This document shows positions 36,969-45,343 of a stretch of 64,000 bases of DNA, in pieces. Made by a program: the position numbers and the translations under genes. The first letter of the stretch is position 1, and each line of letters opens with the position of its first letter. The notes under the pieces were generated by a model. It saw only the letters and a list, made by a program, of their open reading frames with translations, was not told the DNA's origin and made no database searches. Origin of the DNA: Candidatus Omnitrophota bacterium (GTDB lineage Bacteria > Omnitrophota > Gorgyraeia > VGKN01); NCBI GenBank assembly GCA_043800345.1, contig JAZDNB010000035.1, forward strand, positions 10,430 to 74,429, in the 5' to 3' direction.

Positions 36969-37856
36969 TTAAGGATTATTGTTAATTTTGTTTTTAGCAT
37001 GGGGATCATGCGCCTTTGCCAAAATTCCGGTAAGCCTTACGTAGTCCTCAAGCGAAAGGTCTTCGGCCCTTTTTTTATACTCTATACGCGACATATCCAA
37101 TAAATGCATAAGACCTTTCTTATTTCTTTTCAACATATCATAACTTAGGAGGGAATTGGCTATGGTCTTCCGGCGCTGTTTGAAACCTAAATCTATTAAT
37201 TTAAAAAGCAGGGCCTCATCACCTACCTTATAGCGCGCTACGTCGGGTACGGTCAATTTTAGTGCCGTAGAATCAACTTCCGGAACGGGAGAAAAACAAT
37301 TTTTTGAAATATCAAAAAGTTTTTCAACTTCAAAATGAAATTGGACCAGAAGAGTCAAGAAACCGTATTCTTTTGAAGACGGTTTTGCTACAAGCCGCTG
37401 CGCCACCTCTTTTTGAATGGTGAGCTGCATCGAATACAAGCAGTATTTGTGCTTAATTAAATAAAGGATAATGGGGGTTGTCAAATAGTACGGCAGGTTT
37501 CCTATGACCTTGACTTTTTTGCCGAGGCGACGCATTAACGCATCTATGTCGAAGTCCAAAATGTCCGAACAGACAACATCAATAACGGATGAGTTAATTT
37601 TTAGATATTCATATATCATGACGCAGAGTTTTTTGTCTTTTTCGACCGCAATTATCTTACCCGCCTTTCCTATCAGATGACGGGTAAGGCTACCAAAACC
37701 GGGCCCTATTTCAAGCAGATAATCCGTTTCTTTTATATCTGCGTAGCGTGCAAGTTTTGATAAAACATTTTCGTCTATTAAAAAAACTTGGCCCAACTTT
37801 TTGTTGGGCCGGAAATCAAATTCATTGTATAGGTCCTGTAGCGCCTTAAACTTCAC
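36969..37856 (-). CDS. rsmA: 16S rRNA (adenine1518/1519-N6)-dimethyltransferase
   Basis: 295 aa. It has KKLGQVFLIDENVLSKL and the SAM motif LEIGPGFGSLT. It lies downstream of pdxA as in the E. coli surA-pdxA-rsmA operon. Confidence 0.9.
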   Translation of the reverse strand: MKFKALQDLYNEFDFRPNKKLGQVFLIDENVLSKLARYADIKETDYLLEIGPGFGSLTRHLIGKAGKIIAVEKDKKLCVMIYEYLKINSSVIDVVCSDILDFDIDALMRRLGKKVKVIGNLPYYLTTPIILYLIKHKYCLYSMQLTIQKEVAQRLVAKPSSKEYGFLTLLVQFHFEVEKLFDISKNCFSPVPEVDSTALKLTVPDVARYKVGDEALLFKLIDLGFKQRRKTIANSLLSYDMLKRNKKGLMHLLDMSRIEYKKRAEDLSLEDYVRLTGILAKAHDPHAKNKINNNP

Positions 37857-38868
37857 GGGCTCCTCTTAGCTTATTATTGCAAGCCCTTATGGCAAGCTCT
37901 ATGGCAGCAAGCATCGAACTTTCGTCCGCATTCAGCATTGGCGCAATATCATGCGCGGTACCATGGGCAGGTGATGTTCTGATGAACGGCAGACCAAGTG
38001 TCATATTCACTACCCCTGAAAACCCAAACATCTTTATCGGTATCATGGCTTGATCATGATATAAACATACCACAGCGTCATAATCACCCCTATATGCTTT
38101 TAAAAAAAGCGTATCGGACGGTAAGGGTCCTGTAACATTAATATTTTCGTTTCGAGATTTTTTAACGGCGGGTAATAAAACTTTTTTTTCTTCTAACCCA
38201 AAGATACCTTCCTCGCCGGCATGAGGATTAAGGCCGCATAACGCAATCTTAGGTTTACGGACACCAAAATAGGTCTCTAGAGCAAGGTGGGAAAGTTTAA
38301 TTTTCTTTACCACTTCATCTGTTTTAATTAAAGCGGGGATTTTACTGAGCGGGACATGGGTGGTAACCAGTATAACCTTAAAATGTCTTGATACCATCAT
38401 CATCGCAAATTCACGTATCTTGCAAAGAGCGGCGAGATATTCCGTATGACCGGGAAAATCAAAACCGATACGGCTCATGCTCTTTTTATGGATAGGGCCT
38501 GTTACTATGGCATCCACAGAAGAGGAGCGGGCAAGTCTTACCGCTTCATCAATAAAGTCTTTTGCCGCTTGGGCTGTCTTTTTATTAGGCACCCCTCGCA
38601 CATAGTCTTTTTCAGAAATATTGTTTAGATCTATTATATTAATACAATGCTCTTTGAATGCATAAGAGGCGCTACTCTTTTTTAAGACATGAACCGGCAG
38701 ATCCTTCTTTGTGTACTTTTTTAAACCCTTCAATACCGCTAGAGTTCCGATGACAACAAAAGTTGCTTTTTTGTGCATTGCATGATGCAAAAGTGCTTTA
38801 TACGTTATTTCGGGCCCTATGCCGGAAACATCTCCGAGCGTCAAAGCGATTTTGGGTTTCTTGAACAT
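37846..38868 (-). CDS. pdxA: 4-hydroxythreonine-4-phosphate dehydrogenase
   Basis: It has IALTLGDVSGIGPEI, GHTEYLA and FIRTSPAHGTAHDIA. The probable start is MFKKPKIA at 38868 (track start 38892). It overlaps the rsmA start by 11 nt. Confidence 0.9.
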   Translation of the reverse strand: MFKKPKIALTLGDVSGIGPEITYKALLHHAMHKKATFVVIGTLAVLKGLKKYTKKDLPVHVLKKSSASYAFKEHCINIIDLNNISEKDYVRGVPNKKTAQAAKDFIDEAVRLARSSSVDAIVTGPIHKKSMSRIGFDFPGHTEYLAALCKIREFAMMMVSRHFKVILVTTHVPLSKIPALIKTDEVVKKIKLSHLALETYFGVRKPKIALCGLNPHAGEEGIFGLEEKKVLLPAVKKSRNENINVTGPLPSDTLFLKAYRGDYDAVVCLYHDQAMIPIKMFGFSGVVNMTLGLPFIRTSPAHGTAHDIAPMLNADESSMLAAIELAIRACNNKLRGAREV

Positions 38869-38962
38869 TCCAACTCCTTTTGCCAGTACCAATATAGAGC
38901 ACTTCGGCCCAACTGAAGGATGGCTTTTTGCGAGAAACTACTTCTCTATTGGATGGATAGAA

Positions 38963-39961
38963 CTACTTGATTGAAATATATGCATCTTTTTTTAGCTTAC
39001 TAATCCACTCGTTGAATCTTTCTTTCAGTTTTTTCTGAAATAAAATATCATGGATAACCTGTTTTACCTCGTCAATATTACTTTCTTGTTTTTCGGATTT
39101 ATCGGTAACTAAAAATATATGAAAAGCTGACTCAGTTTCTATGATATCGGTAAGTTCGTCCTTCTTTGTTTTAAATAATACTTTGTCAATCTCATCCAAC
39201 ATCTGACCTTTTTTGATGAATCCAAGGTCTCCCCCGTCGCTGGCATTCGGTCCTTGCGAATACTGTATGGCCACTTCTTTAAAATCCCTGCCTTGTTTTA
39301 AAAGCGATAGTGCCTCTCTTATCTTCCGGTGTGCGGCGAGACGCTCGGTAGAATCTTTAAATTTTACCATTATGTTCATTACCTTTACTTTTTCTGGCTC
39401 CAGAAACTTGTCAGCGTTACTTTTGTAGTAATCGGTGATTTCTTGAGGATTCACCAGGAGACCCCAACGTATTTCTTTATCAAAAAGCCGCGCCATCATA
39501 AGTTGGTCTTTTATTCTGTCTTTTAAATTTTTTAAAGTCATGAAGCTTGTACGTAACGACTTTTCAAATTCTTCTTCTGATGGAAATTTTGCTTTCAATT
39601 CTGAAAGTTTTGTTTTTATTTCATCGCTTGATACAAAAACCTTCTGCCTTTTCGCCTCCTGCAGTATTAATTTATCCTCTATAAGTTGCTGTAATATTTC
39701 TTTCCTTGCATCCTCAAAATGTATTTCAAGTTCATCCCGCGGAGAGGTCGCCTTAAGCTGTTCGTAAATAGGGTTTAGTGCGTCATTGAGTTCACTCTCG
39801 GTTATCACTTCATTATTCACAACCGCAACAGTCCCATCGACTACAGCGCCGTAAAGGGAATGGCTGCCCATGATTGCGATTATAAGGGTTGCTATGAAGA
39901 TATTGTTAGGCGGGTATTTATTCTTGTTTTTTTTCATCGTCTTCTGCCAGAAGTTTTTCAT
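38963..39961 (-). CDS. surA: SurA-like periplasmic chaperone / parvulin-type PPIase
   Basis: 332 aa. It has a signal/anchor, a SurA N-terminal-like helical region and a parvulin domain (GGDLGFIKKGQMLDEIDKVLF...AFHIFLV). It lies upstream of pdxA. Confidence 0.7.
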   Translation of the reverse strand: MKNFWQKTMKKNKNKYPPNNIFIATLIIAIMGSHSLYGAVVDGTVAVVNNEVITESELNDALNPIYEQLKATSPRDELEIHFEDARKEILQQLIEDKLILQEAKRQKVFVSSDEIKTKLSELKAKFPSEEEFEKSLRTSFMTLKNLKDRIKDQLMMARLFDKEIRWGLLVNPQEITDYYKSNADKFLEPEKVKVMNIMVKFKDSTERLAAHRKIREALSLLKQGRDFKEVAIQYSQGPNASDGGDLGFIKKGQMLDEIDKVLFKTKKDELTDIIETESAFHIFLVTDKSEKQESNIDEVKQVIHDILFQKKLKERFNEWISKLKKDAYISIK

Positions 39962-40757
39962 TTATTGTTATACTTACGGATTTTTTTAAACTACCCATAA
40001 GCTTATCAAGGTTAACTTTGCGTTTTTTCGTTAACAGCGTATTTTTTATATCCTCTTTAACCTCTTCAAAGTTTTTATTTTTACCGGGTATTCTATCATT
40101 AAGCCGTATGATATGGAAACCAAGAGGACTCTTGATAACATCGCTTATTTCACCGGGCTGCAACCGGAAACATGCATCTTCAAATTCGGGGATCATCTGG
40201 CCTTTCGTAAAATAACCAATATCGCCGCCATTAACCTTGGAGGAATCCAGGGATTTTTCCCTTGCAGCTTCCGCAAAATCCTTACCATTTTTTATTTCTT
40301 TCAATAGCGCTTTTGCCTCTTCCGATGTCCCTACGAGAATATGGCGTGCGCTTATCCTTTCCGGTTCAACAAATTCATCTTTGTGAAGATTATAATAATG
40401 CTCCGCATCTTCATCCGTCACTACGACTCCCTTATTCATCTCATCTTCAATAAGCTTTGAGATAAGGATTTTCTTCTTTGCCGCCAAAAGTAAATCCTTC
40501 ATTTCGCTATCATATTCAAGGTGCCTTTTTTTTGCCTCCTCAAAAAGCAACTCTTCTTCTATAAGGTTATTGAGGTAATCACCTTTTCTTTTATTTATCG
40601 TGGACTGGTATTTAGCCGGTAATTTAGATATCCTTTTTTCAAATTCTTTAAGCGTGATAATTTTATTGTTAATCCTCGCAAGGATTGGCGAGGAATTTCC
40701 GCAACCGCTCAATGCAGTAGCAACTACAATAATAACGGCTATGATAATTTTGTTCAT
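39918..40757 (-). CDS. Parvulin-type PPIase lipoprotein (PrsA/PpiD-like)
   Basis: 279 aa. It has the lipobox ALSGC and the parvulin domain ISARHILV...GGDIGYFTKGQMIPEFEDACF...GFHIIRL. Confidence 0.7.
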   Translation of the reverse strand: MNKIIIAVIIVVATALSGCGNSSPILARINNKIITLKEFEKRISKLPAKYQSTINKRKGDYLNNLIEEELLFEEAKKRHLEYDSEMKDLLLAAKKKILISKLIEDEMNKGVVVTDEDAEHYYNLHKDEFVEPERISARHILVGTSEEAKALLKEIKNGKDFAEAAREKSLDSSKVNGGDIGYFTKGQMIPEFEDACFRLQPGEISDVIKSPLGFHIIRLNDRIPGKNKNFEEVKEDIKNTLLTKKRKVNLDKLMGSLKKSVSITINEKLLAEDDEKKQE

Positions 40758-40777
40758 ACTATTATACCCCTTGTATG

Positions 40778-42697
40778 TTATGCCGCATCTACCTTTTTAA
40801 AAAATGTTTTATTTTTTTCTACGGATTCCCTTAAAAGTCTCAGATATAAATCAAAACCTACTGATGCTATAAAACCATGCTGCTCTTTGCCGAGCATATT
40901 ACCGGCACCGCGTAGTTGAAGATCGGCCATTGCAATTTTAAAACCTGCGCCTAGTTCCGTATATTTTTCTATCGCGGTTAATCTTTTTTTCACATCACCC
41001 GTCAGCGGTAGCGACCGAGGGGTAAAAAAATATGCAAATGCTTTTCTGTTAAATCTGCCAACACGTCCGCGCAGCTGATAAAGATCTGATAGCCCATAGG
41101 TATGGGCATTATTTACAATAATCGTATTTACGTTGGGTATATCTATGCCGGATTCTATTATAGTCGTAGATAGCAAAATATCAAATTTTTTATGTACAAA
41201 ATCGGGCATAATAGACTTAAGAGCCCTTTCCGACATTCTGCCGTGTGCAAGACCTATTGTAGCAGAAGGAAGTAAATTTGTTAAATTTTTTTTTATCTTT
41301 TCAATAGAGACTATTTCATTGTGCACAACATAAACCTGCCCCTTTCGCTTGAGTTCCTGTCTGATCGCATTCTTAATAAGCGCATGATCAAATTCTCCTA
41401 CATGCGTGTATACGGGAAGCCTATTCTCAGGAGGGGTGTCTATAATGGAAATATCTTTAACATTCATCAGGCTCATATACAACGTTCTCGGTATAGGGGT
41501 AGCAGTAAGCGTCAGCACATCAACAAGCAACCTAAATTTTTTCAACCTTTCCTTATGTTCCACCCCGAACCTTTGCTCTTCATCTATTATTACAAGCCCC
41601 AGATTTTTAAAACCGATGTCATCGGAAAGAAGTCTATGTGTCCCTATAATAATATCAACGGCCCCCGCCTTTAGGTCATTCACTATGTTGTACTGTTCCT
41701 GTTTTGTTTTAAATCTTGAGAGCATCTCTACGCGGATAGGGTATTCTACGATACGTTCTTTAAACGTGGTATAGTGCTGAAGTGCAAGGATGGTTGTCGG
41801 AACCAAAAAAGCTACCTGCTTATTATCCATCACTGCCTTGAATGCAGCGCGCAAGGCAACTTCAGTTTTACCGTATCCGACATCTCCGCACAAGAGTCTG
41901 TCCATCGGCCTTTTAGACTCCATATCGCGTTTTACATCTACGGTTGCCTTTGCCTGACCGGGCGTCTCCTGAAATTTGAAAGAACGCTCAAACTCCTTCT
42001 GCCAATCGGTATCAGGGGAAAAACGAAACCCTTCGAGTGCCTCCCTTGCAGCTTGCATGTGCAGCAATTCAAGCGCAAGGTAATTTACGCCTTTTTTTGC
42101 CTCAGATTTTACCTTACGCCATAATTTTGAACCAAGCTTATATAACTTCGGAGGACTTCCTTCAAATCCTATGTATTTATGCACAAGATCAAGTTTGTCC
42201 CAGCTTACATATAGTTTTTCACCTTTGGCATATTCTATGACAAGATGATCAACCGGTTTTTTATTAATCCGTATCTTTTCTATACCTCTGTATATTCCGA
42301 TACCGCATTCATCATGGACAATATAATCACCTGCCTCCAAATCGCTGAAATCTTTAAGCAGGCTTTTATATTCGGGCAGCATAACCGTGTCTTTGACTTT
42401 TATGGGCTTTATTTTTTTAAAAGGAAGTATTATTACCGAATTAAAATGAGCCGTAAACTTTTTTGTAAAGAGATCGAAACTACGTATTGTTTCAATAACA
42501 TCATTAAACGTAAGTTCGACCCTTACGGGAGATTGAAATCCTATGGGGAATATTTCAAGCTGTCCGCCTTTTATATTAAACTCGCCCTGTTGGGAGACGG
42601 GATCTATCCTGCTATAACCAAAATGTACAAGTTCGGATAAAATATCCTCTACGGATACCGTGTTTCCTTTAGCGAGTTTGATTGTTAAAAAGACCAT
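40778..42697 (-). CDS. mfd: Transcription-repair coupling factor Mfd, unusually short form (639 aa)
   Basis: It has a CarD/RID-like GDYIVHDECGIGIYRG and SF2 translocase motifs (GDVGYGKTEVA, DEEQRFGV, QLRGRVGR). The TRG-region end is RGAGNMLGKEQHGFIASVGFDLYLRLL. Only ~120 aa precede the RID, and the protein ends ~20 aa after GFDLY. Confidence 0.8.
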   Translation of the reverse strand: MVFLTIKLAKGNTVSVEDILSELVHFGYSRIDPVSQQGEFNIKGGQLEIFPIGFQSPVRVELTFNDVIETIRSFDLFTKKFTAHFNSVIILPFKKIKPIKVKDTVMLPEYKSLLKDFSDLEAGDYIVHDECGIGIYRGIEKIRINKKPVDHLVIEYAKGEKLYVSWDKLDLVHKYIGFEGSPPKLYKLGSKLWRKVKSEAKKGVNYLALELLHMQAAREALEGFRFSPDTDWQKEFERSFKFQETPGQAKATVDVKRDMESKRPMDRLLCGDVGYGKTEVALRAAFKAVMDNKQVAFLVPTTILALQHYTTFKERIVEYPIRVEMLSRFKTKQEQYNIVNDLKAGAVDIIIGTHRLLSDDIGFKNLGLVIIDEEQRFGVEHKERLKKFRLLVDVLTLTATPIPRTLYMSLMNVKDISIIDTPPENRLPVYTHVGEFDHALIKNAIRQELKRKGQVYVVHNEIVSIEKIKKNLTNLLPSATIGLAHGRMSERALKSIMPDFVHKKFDILLSTTIIESGIDIPNVNTIIVNNAHTYGLSDLYQLRGRVGRFNRKAFAYFFTPRSLPLTGDVKKRLTAIEKYTELGAGFKIAMADLQLRGAGNMLGKEQHGFIASVGFDLYLRLLRESVEKNKTFFKKVDAA

Positions 42698-42769
42698 ATA
42701 CTATCGTTATCGGGGCTCTATTTTTACTAAAAATCCTATAGTGAGGGCATCATAACTTATGTGCGTTTG

Positions 42770-44440
42770 CTACATCTCTTCGGGGGCAGAAACTCCTATA
42801 AGCATCAGTCCGTTTTCCAGGACTATCCGCACCGCTTCAACCAACGCAAGACGCGCTACGGTAAGTTCTTTATCCTCACCGATTACTTTATGCTTATCAT
42901 AAAAACTATGGAGTGACTTCGCCAGGCCCTCAAGATATGGTATCAATCGGTACGGCTCAAGTGCTCCTGCTGCCTGTTGGACGGTCTCGGGAAATCTCAT
43001 TATAAATTTTATAAGGTCTATTTCCTCGGGTTGAGTAAGTAAAACAAGGTTCGAATCGAGAAAAGCGGATTTTTGTATGCCCGCATTTTTAAGAATACTT
43101 GAAATTCTTGCATGGGCATATTGCACATAAAACACCGGATTTTCAGGACTCTGTTTTTTTGCAAGCTCGAGGTCAAAATCGAGATGACTATCAATCTTTC
43201 TCATCAGGAAAAAATATCGTGCCGCATCCTTGCCTACCTCGGCAAGCAATTCTTTAAGCGTTATAAATTGGCCTTCTCGTGTAGACATAGGAACTACCGC
43301 TTTATCCTTATAAAGGGTGACCAATTGGACAATAAGGACGGTGACAGAATCATCGCCAAAACCTAATGCAGAAACTGCTGCTTTAAGTCGAGCGATATAT
43401 CCATGATGGTCGGGCCCCCAAATATTAATGAGCCGGTTAAACCCCCTTATAAACTTTTCTCTGTGATAGGCGATATCAGGCGTAATATAGGTAAATGTGC
43501 CGTCACTTTTTACTACAACCCTATCTTTATCATCTCCGAAAGCGGTAGATTTAAACCATAGCGCACCTTCCTGTTCATAAATAAATCCTTTTTTCTTAAG
43601 CTCGCCGAGAGATTCATCTATTTTGTCGGTATGAGACAACTCTTTCTGGCTAAACCAGGTATCAAAATGTACACCGAACTCTTTTAGGTCTTCCTTAATC
43701 CATGCAAGTATAGCGGTAGCGCCATACGCTGCAAAAAAGCTTAACTCTTTTTGCAGGAGCGTGTCCTTAAATTTTTCGATAAGCATGTTTGCCATGTCAT
43801 ATATATATGAACCTTTGTAACCGTTTTGCGGAAACTGAGCTTCTTTACCGAGCAATTCCCGGTAGCGTGCCCGGATTGATTCGCCGAGCAGATTGATCTG
43901 ATTGCCTTCGTCATTAATATAATATTCTTTGGAGACGTTCCACCCGGAAAATAGCAAAATATTGGAGAGCGAATCACCCACTGCGGCCTGTCGGGCATGT
44001 GCAATACTCAAAGAACCTGTAGGATTTGCGCTCACGAATTCTATGAGTATTTTTTTATCTTCTCCTATGGCAGATCTGCCAAAATTTTTTCCTTTTTTTA
44101 ACACCTCATATATACCATTGTATAAAGAACTTTCATTGAAATAAAAATTAATAAAACCTCCTCCTTGCACTTTAATAGCCTTTATATATGCTTTTAGCTC
44201 CTTGCTTTCGACCTTTCTTTCAAGCGCATCCACTATAAGGCCTGCTATTTCTTTTGTATCCTTACCTAAACTTTTTGCAATCTGCATTGCTATATTTGTT
44301 GACAGATCGCCGAATTGTTTATTTTTTGGAATCTCGAGATAAATTTGAGGGAGATTTTGATTTTCCGGTTTGAAGAATAGCGTATTAACCGTATCGGCTA
44401 ATACGCTGATTATTTTTGACTTTAACGCTTCCATGTGCAT
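42770..44440 (-). CDS. argS: Arginine--tRNA ligase
   Basis: It has class I motifs (SANPTGSLSIAHARQA for HIGH, and MSTREG for the KMSK-like position) and a C-terminal DALR anticodon-binding domain. The track start is GTG 44461. ATG at 44440 or 44434 is more likely. Confidence 0.9.
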   Translation of the reverse strand: MHMEALKSKIISVLADTVNTLFFKPENQNLPQIYLEIPKNKQFGDLSTNIAMQIAKSLGKDTKEIAGLIVDALERKVESKELKAYIKAIKVQGGGFINFYFNESSLYNGIYEVLKKGKNFGRSAIGEDKKILIEFVSANPTGSLSIAHARQAAVGDSLSNILLFSGWNVSKEYYINDEGNQINLLGESIRARYRELLGKEAQFPQNGYKGSYIYDMANMLIEKFKDTLLQKELSFFAAYGATAILAWIKEDLKEFGVHFDTWFSQKELSHTDKIDESLGELKKKGFIYEQEGALWFKSTAFGDDKDRVVVKSDGTFTYITPDIAYHREKFIRGFNRLINIWGPDHHGYIARLKAAVSALGFGDDSVTVLIVQLVTLYKDKAVVPMSTREGQFITLKELLAEVGKDAARYFFLMRKIDSHLDFDLELAKKQSPENPVFYVQYAHARISSILKNAGIQKSAFLDSNLVLLTQPEEIDLIKFIMRFPETVQQAAGALEPYRLIPYLEGLAKSLHSFYDKHKVIGEDKELTVARLALVEAVRIVLENGLMLIGVSAPEEM

Positions 44441-44576
44441 GTTAAGATATTGTAAGTACACATTACTACTAAAAAAAACAAAAACTAAAATATTGCTCTT
44501 TTATTAAAGTTATACAACAACAACCTGGAAGGAACAAACCTAGAGGTTAGTATCCGCAACGTACACAGCCCGCTTA

Positions 44577-44966
44577 TTAATTATCGATACCTACCTTAGG
44601 GGCATCGCCCCATAACCTGCTTAGACTATAAAATTCTCTTTTGTCAGGCTGAAAAATATGGACAATCACATCGCCCAAGTCTATCAGAATCCATTCTCCC
44701 GCCCGATAACCCTCAATATGTGATTTCTTCGGTTTATTCTTTGCAGTAGACGCAACGATGTGCTCAGCTATCGTCTTTGCAGTTCTCTCCGAAGACGCCG
44801 AGCATATCACAAAATAATCCGTATAGTCTACAAGCCCTTTCATGTCCAGAACTTCTATATCTTCCGCTTTTTTATCCCTGGCGAGACGGGCGATAGAAAG
44901 AACTTTTTTTGTGTCTTCGGAAATACTACGTAGTTTTGTTTTCTGCCTAGTATAAGACCTGGGCAT
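44577..44966 (-). CDS. rsfS: Ribosomal silencing factor RsfS
   Basis: 129 aa. It has the RsfS/iojap pattern DIEVLDMKGLVDYTDYFVICSASSERT...WILIDLGDVIVHIF. Confidence 0.85.
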   Translation of the reverse strand: MPRSYTRQKTKLRSISEDTKKVLSIARLARDKKAEDIEVLDMKGLVDYTDYFVICSASSERTAKTIAEHIVASTAKNKPKKSHIEGYRAGEWILIDLGDVIVHIFQPDKREFYSLSRLWGDAPKVGIDN

Positions 44967-44970
44967 TACT

Positions 44971-45117
44971 TCATGATGCCTTGTTTAATATCCTATATAC
45001 ACCGGTACCGCAATCTGGACATTTTCCTTTCATTGCATTTCTTCCGTTTTTCATCGTTACCCTAACGGCATCTTTCATCTCTTTCTTCGATTTACACTTT
45101 ACGCAATATGCATCCAT
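44971..45117 (-). CDS. Small zinc-ribbon protein (DUF5679-like), 48 aa
   Basis: Below the ORF-track size cutoff and translated by hand: MDAYCVKCKSKKEMKDAVRVTMKNGRNAMKGKCPDCGTGVYRILNKAS. It has two CxxC pairs. A GGAGGTG SD lies 6 nt upstream of the ATG. Its stop is 4 nt before the rsfS ATG. Confidence 0.7.
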   Translation of the reverse strand: MDAYCVKCKSKKEMKDAVRVTMKNGRNAMKGKCPDCGTGVYRILNKAS

Positions 45118-45138
45118 GTAAACACCTCCTCGTTTGAT

Positions 45139-45278
45139 TATGAAGCTCCACGGCTTAACAGCCGTGGTTTCTGACTTTTCGGTCTCGTGCCATATGGCAC
45201 AGGCTCACGGAGCGGAATCCCGCCAGAAAACCATTTATCTATGCCTTTACAGACATGGTTTTCTGGGTACGGGATAAA
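45139..45278 (-). repeat. Structured modular repeat element, copy 2 (140 nt, intergenic 5' leader position)
   Basis: Aligns with 14529-14705 (see that entry). It carries a 14-nt palindrome GTGCCATATGGCAC where copy 1 has a TCCGCTC/GAGCGGA hairpin. It lacks the 51-nt nested module of copy 1. Confidence 0.85.
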
Positions 45279-45281
45279 AAA

Positions 45282-45309
45282 ATTTTAACATATTAATCTT
45301 TTTTGTCAA
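45282..45309 (-). promoter_or_regulatory. Candidate sigma70-type promoter firing into repeat copy 2 / zinc-ribbon gene / rsfS
   Basis: The minus strand reads TTGACA (45309-45304), a 16-nt spacer, then TAAAAT (45287-45282). The predicted TSS coincides with the repeat boundary (~45275-45278). Confidence 0.5.
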
Positions 45310-45343
45310 GAATAGTTATGTATGTAAAAATTCCTGTCTTTTT

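Noticed and set aside
40778-42697. Short mfd as a pseudogene or fragment
   Set aside because: The reading frame is uninterrupted, all helicase, TRG and RID motifs are intact, and the flanking intergenic gaps (20 and 72 nt) contain no remnants of missing domains. It is treated as a genuine compact gene.
44462-44576. Possible T-box or other leader upstream of argS
   Set aside because: The gap is only ~115-140 nt and AT-rich. No specifier, antiterminator or T-box sequence is visible, and it is too short for a T-box riboswitch.
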